From positions 1-24,121 of the IMG/VR virus record IMGVR_UViG_3300017824_000060: a stretch of DNA of 24,121 nt; one strand, 5' to 3'. This document shows, one piece after another, positions 19,582 through 24,121 of this stretch; position 1 is the first letter of the stretch; each line of letters begins with the position of its first letter. This DNA comes from a virus. Its lineage: Duplodnaviria > Caudoviricetes. The translations under genes and the position numbers were made by a program. The notes beneath the pieces are model-generated. The model saw only the letters and a list, made by a program, of their open reading frames with translations, made no database searches and had not been told where the DNA came from.

Positions 19582-19962
19582 CTACACGTCTGCGTAGGCG
19601 GCTCTCATGGTCTCACTGTTAAAAAATATATTAAGTAGTTCACCTTGTTGTCCGCTTACAGTATCAACTTCAAGTTCAATTAAGATTCCATTTTCTTGTG
19701 GATAAACGTTGATATCAGAAACATTTATTCGAGGATCTTGTGCAACAATGCGTTGTATTTCAGTATTGATTGCTTTAGTTGTTGGAGCACCTTGAGGTTC
19801 AAACAACAAACTCCACATGGTTGTACCAACGTTAGGTCTGCCAGGCATTTCGCCTTGTCTGATCGTGAGTGCATTTAAGAGATCACGCTTGATCAATTCA
19901 AAATCTGTGACTGTGTAGTTCTTGTACCTTCCAATGGTACTGTATCCGATAAATGTTGGCAT
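19582..19962 (-). CDS. Baseplate wedge subunit, T4 gp25-like (GPW_gp25 family)
   Basis: 126 aa with the pattern DFELIKRDLLNALTIRQGEMPGRPNVGTTMWSLLFEP...IQRIVAQDPRI. Size and position between the spike and gp6-like genes are canonical. Confidence 0.9.
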   Translation of the reverse strand: MPTFIGYSTIGRYKNYTVTDFELIKRDLLNALTIRQGEMPGRPNVGTTMWSLLFEPQGAPTTKAINTEIQRIVAQDPRINVSDINVYPQENGILIELEVDTVSGQQGELLNIFFNSETMRAAYADV

Positions 19963-19966
19963 AATG

Positions 19967-19972
19967 TATTTA
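19967..19972 (-). promoter_or_regulatory. Late-promoter-like TAAATA 4 nt upstream of the gp25-like ATG
   Basis: The minus strand reads AAAGAGAAAA-TAAATA-CATT-ATG, with no convincing SD. Confidence 0.65.
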
Positions 19973-19983
19973 TTTTCTCTTTT

Positions 19984-22218
19984 TTACGTGCTTATTCCGT
20001 TGACCTTTTTGTTTACAACTATGTTTTCTAAGGCAGTATCAATACTTGTTCTTTGAGTTGTATTCACTGCACCCAAACTTCCAGTAGAAAAACCTTGGAT
20101 TTCGTTGCTGAGTTTCTGTTGTGCTAATTGAACTGAAAACTGTCCACCTCTTACAACTTCATTCATTTGTGTGTTTGTTATTTTTGCACTATTTGCTCCA
20201 GCAAATGTTTCTCCAAGCACTGCGGCACCTTCTTGCCATTTCTTTACTGCGTCAGCACCAAACTTGCTTGCACCACTTATCAAACCACCAAGAGCGGCTT
20301 CATCTTCTAGTCCGGTTACAATGCCAGCATTTTGTAATTCGCCCAGTCCTTTGTTAAATAAATCTGTTTTTGTAACGTCTTGAAGTGTTTCGTTGTTTAG
20401 AAAATCACTCAGTCCATTGACACCTTGTGAACCAGTCCATACACTTGAACTTCCTAGCACAGTATTTAGATCAGCAGTAGCATCTTTCAAAAAGAATTCA
20501 CTTGTGCCTGGCTTTAGAAGTCCACCTTTTTCTAGTTCGGCGGCACTGAATCCAAATTTACCCACTCCGTTTGCATTAGATATTTCATTGAAGTCTTGTG
20601 GAACAAGTTTGCTTGACTGTGCTACCATACTTGTTACTTTTTCTGGTGGTATTTTACCAACATTTGTTTTTGCTTGAGATTGTTTTTCGTAGTCACCTTC
20701 GTTAACTGCATCAATTTCAGTTGCTTCAGCTTTGGTAACTGCTTCTTGTGTTTTTGGTTCCAACGGAACTTGTTCAGCAGTTGATTCAAGGCTAGTACTG
20801 GTGTTTACACCTGTACCACGTGCCGCAAAAGGTTCATGTGTTGGTGCTCTTGTAACAATTGTTTCTATTGACGCTGGATCCTGAATCCATCCTTGTTGAG
20901 GATCAAACTTAGTATCACTCAAACGCAACTTTGGAATTTCTACTGTTTTTGAAACAGGAGATGCTGATCCACTGTTTAACTTGATACAACCAGCTTCAAG
21001 AGTAAGTCCAGTGCCTGCACCCCATCCTCCAGTTCTACTGTTTAGATTTAACGATCCGTCACTTTTAATTCCAACTGAACTTTTGCTATATGCCAGTATG
21101 CTATTGTTTCCGGTCAAACTTAGACTTCCAGTTTCCAAACTCATAGCACGTTTTGCAAAAATATTAACGCTACCTTCTTCGCTGGCAATGTTTATATTTC
21201 TGTCAGCATGCATGTTGAGTTCGCCAGCACTTCTTATGTTTAAACTGTTTGATGCATATACATCAATAGTACCTTCGTGACCTAGTTCTATCCAGGTTTG
21301 TCCATTGGCATGCATAATATGAATTGTTTGTTTACCAGCAGTATCATTCATCATTATTTGATGACCAGCACTGGTACGAATTCGTGTAAGGTTATCTTCA
21401 CCTGTTAGGTCACCGTCATCCATTACAAGACTGTGTCCACCTTTACGTGCTATTATCGTAGTTTCGTTTGGTTGAAGAGTACTGTTTGCTACTTTAGCAG
21501 CTATTTGTGCATCAGTTAATCCTCCCTGATAAACAGGTCTACCAGCAGTGCTTATTCCAAATACTGTGCTTGGCGATTCCCTTTGACTGTTTGAACCAAT
21601 AGGTCCAATCAAAGGATCTGCTATTACACCTTGGGAAAGCATTTGTCCTGCAAGTACACTGTGAACTGGTTTGGTTTGGTCAAAGAATCTTGGATTTTCT
21701 GATATTGCTTCATTGGAATTGTTGATCTCTACAACTGGTAGTTTTGATTTGTTAGCGAATAATGGAGAATTGCTGTCATCAACATATTTCTTGCTTGATC
21801 CAATTGCCGGAACCATATGATTAAGTCCTGGCGATATTGGCATACCAAGATAGTAACCTTCGTTTGGATCGCCGTTTACAAAGAAACAAATTACTTTTGT
21901 TCCAAGGTCTGGCGGAGTTCCAAAGAATCCATAGGCATGATTGTTACCGGTAAAACTTCCTGGGCCAGTTGGTTGCTGGGCACTTTGTTGAGTATATCCA
22001 TAGTAGGGAGAAATATAATTTACTGTACGCCACAGGTCTTTGTTGTTTTTATCGTCACCAGAAATATACTCTATATAAACCTGTAGTCTGCCAGCTCTAA
22101 TAGGATCAATATTATTAACAACTTCACCAAGAAACGGTCCTGATTCAGCTGGAGTACCTCCTGCACTTGTTTTGTATGCTCCTGGAGCTCCCCTACTTCT
22201 TTGATAGTTTTCTGCCAT
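19984..22218 (-). CDS. Baseplate central spike, T4 gp5/VgrG-like, with C-terminal lysozyme-like domain
   Basis: 744 aa. OB-fold motifs GEVVNNIDPIRAGRLQVYI and PPDLGTKVICFFVNGDPNEGYYLG; gp5-type GHSLVMDD...RTSAGHQIMMND...GQTWIELGHEGTIDV followed by beta-helix-like repeats; a linker; then a GVGKFGF...GLLKPG...WTG..G...FLNN..LQ module. Confidence 0.85.
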   Translation of the reverse strand: MAENYQRSRGAPGAYKTSAGGTPAESGPFLGEVVNNIDPIRAGRLQVYIEYISGDDKNNKDLWRTVNYISPYYGYTQQSAQQPTGPGSFTGNNHAYGFFGTPPDLGTKVICFFVNGDPNEGYYLGMPISPGLNHMVPAIGSSKKYVDDSNSPLFANKSKLPVVEINNSNEAISENPRFFDQTKPVHSVLAGQMLSQGVIADPLIGPIGSNSQRESPSTVFGISTAGRPVYQGGLTDAQIAAKVANSTLQPNETTIIARKGGHSLVMDDGDLTGEDNLTRIRTSAGHQIMMNDTAGKQTIHIMHANGQTWIELGHEGTIDVYASNSLNIRSAGELNMHADRNINIASEEGSVNIFAKRAMSLETGSLSLTGNNSILAYSKSSVGIKSDGSLNLNSRTGGWGAGTGLTLEAGCIKLNSGSASPVSKTVEIPKLRLSDTKFDPQQGWIQDPASIETIVTRAPTHEPFAARGTGVNTSTSLESTAEQVPLEPKTQEAVTKAEATEIDAVNEGDYEKQSQAKTNVGKIPPEKVTSMVAQSSKLVPQDFNEISNANGVGKFGFSAAELEKGGLLKPGTSEFFLKDATADLNTVLGSSSVWTGSQGVNGLSDFLNNETLQDVTKTDLFNKGLGELQNAGIVTGLEDEAALGGLISGASKFGADAVKKWQEGAAVLGETFAGANSAKITNTQMNEVVRGGQFSVQLAQQKLSNEIQGFSTGSLGAVNTTQRTSIDTALENIVVNKKVNGIST

Positions 22219-22228
22219 TTTTTACTGC

Positions 22229-24121
22229 CTATTTAAAAAGTGAACTCTTGCTTGTACCAGCTCCGCCGCTACCAACAACTTTGGCTCCACGAGCTCTGGC
22301 ATTTTCTGCCTTTAGTCTTGCAAGTCTACGTTTTCTAGCGAATAAACTTTCTTGCATTGGACTTGTCTTAGTTCCAGCATCGTCGCTTACAGTATTGCTT
22401 CCAGGTTTTGGTTGTACTGGTGGTTGAACAACTGTGTTTGGTCTTGGTTGCCAATCTGATTCACCTGGTGTTACGTCTGCATCATCTGAATAGTTTACAG
22501 TTGAATCAGGTAATTTTGCAACTTTGTTAGTAGTAGCATTATTTACTGTAGCACTAGAGTATGGTTGAGTATTTGTTTTACTTCCATCAACAGTTGCAGT
22601 TTTAAAGTTTCCAGCACGAGGATCTGGAGTGAATGAAGTACTGCCATTATTGCTTCGACTAGCACCAGTTGGAGTTGGTCTTACTGTAGGTGTTTCAACT
22701 TTGCTTGCTCTTGGTGTTGTAGGACTTATAGCTCCGCCAGCACCACCAAAAGCATCTAAACCTGGTTCTTCTACAACATTTTTCTCGATCTGTTTTTGTT
22801 TAGGACTGTTTACTGCGTTGTCAAACATTCTTGCCACACCTTGAATAGATTGTGTAAACTTGCCATCAACTAATTTGTTTGTAACATTAGTTGCGGCATA
22901 AACCAAACTTTCAGCAGCTAGGTTTTTTTCTCCTGTGATTTTACTGTCAGAGTTTTCAGCATTCACAGGTGTTTCGCCAGTGGCCATATTGTAATCAACC
23001 GGACGGTTAAAACGTATTTCAAATAGTACTTCGCCAGCGTTGCCATTCACACTTCCATCAGGTTCAAATGCTTCAAGATTACCAGCACTGTAAAATAATT
23101 CACTTTGCATGATAAAATCTGGATCACCTACTATTGTAACATCAGCTTTGGATACATCTGCTGGCGAATAAAGTCGTGCGGCTAATTGTGCAGCCGGTCT
23201 ACCAGCATCGCCTTTTGCACCTTGCGTACTAGAATCAGGGGCACTTTGAAAAAATCTTTTTTCAGCAAATCTTGCATCATTTCCAACCGCCACATCTTCA
23301 TCTGCAATTAACCCATCTTTGCCCATGATAGTTACATAGTTCGATTTAACTTCTATGTCAAAATCTATAACTTCTGTGTTTAAACCAGTAAACCAGTAAT
23401 TGTATATCTTGTGAGCTCCTCGATACATTGCAGGCGGAAAATAAGGTGATCGTGGTGTATTGATTTGATACCTTGAGATTCTATAGGTAATCTGATATGC
23501 ATAATCGTTGCGTACCTTGCAATATTCTTTTGGAGCAGCAAATTGAGTTATTCTATACCACTGCACAGTTTTAACAGGTGGATTACGAATTTCTTTGTTG
23601 GTTATTTCGTCGAATGCAATAGTTTGTTGTGCAGTAACATAGGTAGAATTTTTTAAAACTTGATCGATCAATTGAATAATCTGAGTACCAGCACTGATAC
23701 TATACTCTTTGGTTTGCTTGTCCAGTGCTTGTTTTTCCATATTCTTTTGTTCATTAGGGTTGCTTGATTTCTGAAACGTTGTTCTTGTTTTATTTGTTCT
23801 ACCTTGCTTATCCATTTTTGCATCAATTAATCCAGGTACATCTTCAATTTCGATTATGTATTCATCTGGTATCATGCCATTCTTTTTAGCCAGTTCACGT
23901 TGATGTTGATTCAGTGCATCACACAATCCTGATGTAACAGTTCTGTCTTGAAGTCCAAGTTTACCTGCACGTTGTTGTTCTACACTGGTTGTAACATCTT
24001 CTTGTACCTCAATGGTTGTTGCATCACCAAATTCTGTGAAACTTGGTTTCTTCACTGTGGTTCTAGTTACCAGTGGCACAAGAGGTTGTAATTCACTGTT
24101 ACCATTTAATAACTTCTTGAC
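22229..24121 (-). CDS. Putative baseplate hub protein (gp27/gp44-like position), 5'-truncated at the right window edge
   Basis: The frame stays open upstream of the GTG at 24079 to the window end (VKKLLNGNSELQPL-VPLV...), so the true start is outside the window. Motifs ADVTIVGDPDFI and YAATNVTNKLVDGKFTQSIQG resemble the C-terminal barrel of hub proteins, and the gene lies directly upstream of the spike gene. Confidence 0.6.
   Translation of the reverse strand, partial: VKKLLNGNSELQPLVPLVTRTTVKKPSFTEFGDATTIEVQEDVTTSVEQQRAGKLGLQDRTVTSGLCDALNQHQRELAKKNGMIPDEYIIEIEDVPGLIDAKMDKQGRTNKTRTTFQKSSNPNEQKNMEKQALDKQTKEYSISAGTQIIQLIDQVLKNSTYVTAQQTIAFDEITNKEIRNPPVKTVQWYRITQFAAPKEYCKVRNDYAYQITYRISRYQINTPRSPYFPPAMYRGAHKIYNYWFTGLNTEVIDFDIEVKSNYVTIMGKDGLIADEDVAVGNDARFAEKRFFQSAPDSSTQGAKGDAGRPAAQLAARLYSPADVSKADVTIVGDPDFIMQSELFYSAGNLEAFEPDGSVNGNAGEVLFEIRFNRPVDYNMATGETPVNAENSDSKITGEKNLAAESLVYAATNVTNKLVDGKFTQSIQGVARMFDNAVNSPKQKQIEKNVVEEPGLDAFGGAGGAISPTTPRASKVETPTVRPTPTGASRSNNGSTSFTPDPRAGNFKTATVDGSKTNTQPYSSATVNNATTNKVAKLPDSTVNYSDDADVTPGESDWQPRPNTVVQPPVQPKPGSNTVSDDAGTKTSPMQESLFARKRRLARLKAENARARGAKVVGSGGAGTSKSSLFK
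22230..22235 (-). promoter_or_regulatory. Possible late-promoter TAAATA overlapping the hub gene's last codons and stop
   Basis: The minus strand reads TT-TAAATA-GGCAGTAAAAA-ATG. The base after the box is G rather than the usual C, so support is weaker. Confidence 0.4.

Noticed and set aside
20463-20468. Internal TAAATAC in the spike gene followed by an in-frame GTG
   Set aside because: A single occurrence is compatible with chance, and a start here would fall in the middle of the predicted domain.
2579-22231. Stop-codon reassignment (TAG recoding, as in some large phages)
   Set aside because: ORFs up to 13.5 kb are intact under the standard code. TAG ends three genes at natural junctions, and read-through gives no in-frame fusion with the next gene.
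22250-22345. RKRR as a eukaryotic nuclear localisation signal
   Set aside because: The context is a prokaryotic virus with SD sequences and a contractile baseplate, and short basic runs are not diagnostic.
250-22844. The many plus-strand ORFs (60-135 aa) in the ORF track and the nested minus-strand ORF 15049-15285
   Set aside because: All lie within or largely overlap long, motif-supported minus-strand genes. They have no recognisable motifs and are the expected antisense shadows of biased codon usage.
24077-24079. GTG at 24079 as the start of the hub gene
   Set aside because: The reading frame remains open to the window edge and there is no SD or late box, so the gene is 5'-truncated.
16124-24121. 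Bacterial T6SS, eCIS or tailocin locus
   Set aside because: Although gp5/gp25/gp6 homologues occur in those systems, the T4-type late boxes, T4-gp6-like N-terminus, giant wedge protein and phage fibre genes fit a large lytic myovirus. No Tss or Afp accessory genes are present.
1-24121. CRISPR arrays, tRNA/ncRNA, introns/inteins, DGR template-variable repeats, intrinsic terminators
   Set aside because: Intergenic gaps are all under 60 nt. I saw no spaced repeats, long near-identical repeat pairs, intein or homing-endonuclease motifs, or GC-rich hairpin-plus-U tracts. This was a by-eye scan only.

Overview
This window is an AT-rich (about 35-38% GC by eye), gene-dense segment of a large contractile-tailed (T4-superfamily, probably jumbo-type) bacteriophage. 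All credible genes are on the minus strand and form a late virion-morphogenesis module. In transcription order (right to left): a 5'-truncated putative baseplate hub protein; a gp5/VgrG-like central spike with a C-terminal lysozyme-like domain; a gp25-like wedge protein; an enlarged gp6-like wedge protein; a giant 4513-aa gp7-position baseplate/adhesin-like protein; a 220-aa baseplate/fibre-anchor-like protein; a 519-aa fibre with a C-terminal Peptidase_G2-like intramolecular chaperone; and a 3'-truncated structural gene that the ORF track missed. TAAATA boxes resembling T4 late promoters mark six of the seven gene junctions. I found no CRISPR array, RNA gene, mobile element or defence system, and no clearly new multi-gene system. 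The most unusual signals are the multidomain giant protein (a seven-blade FG-GAP propeller interrupted by inserted domains), the possibly catalytically altered spike hydrolase, and the late-promoter architecture (probable leaderless transcripts and an upstream palindrome). All product calls come from recognising motifs by eye, not from database searches.
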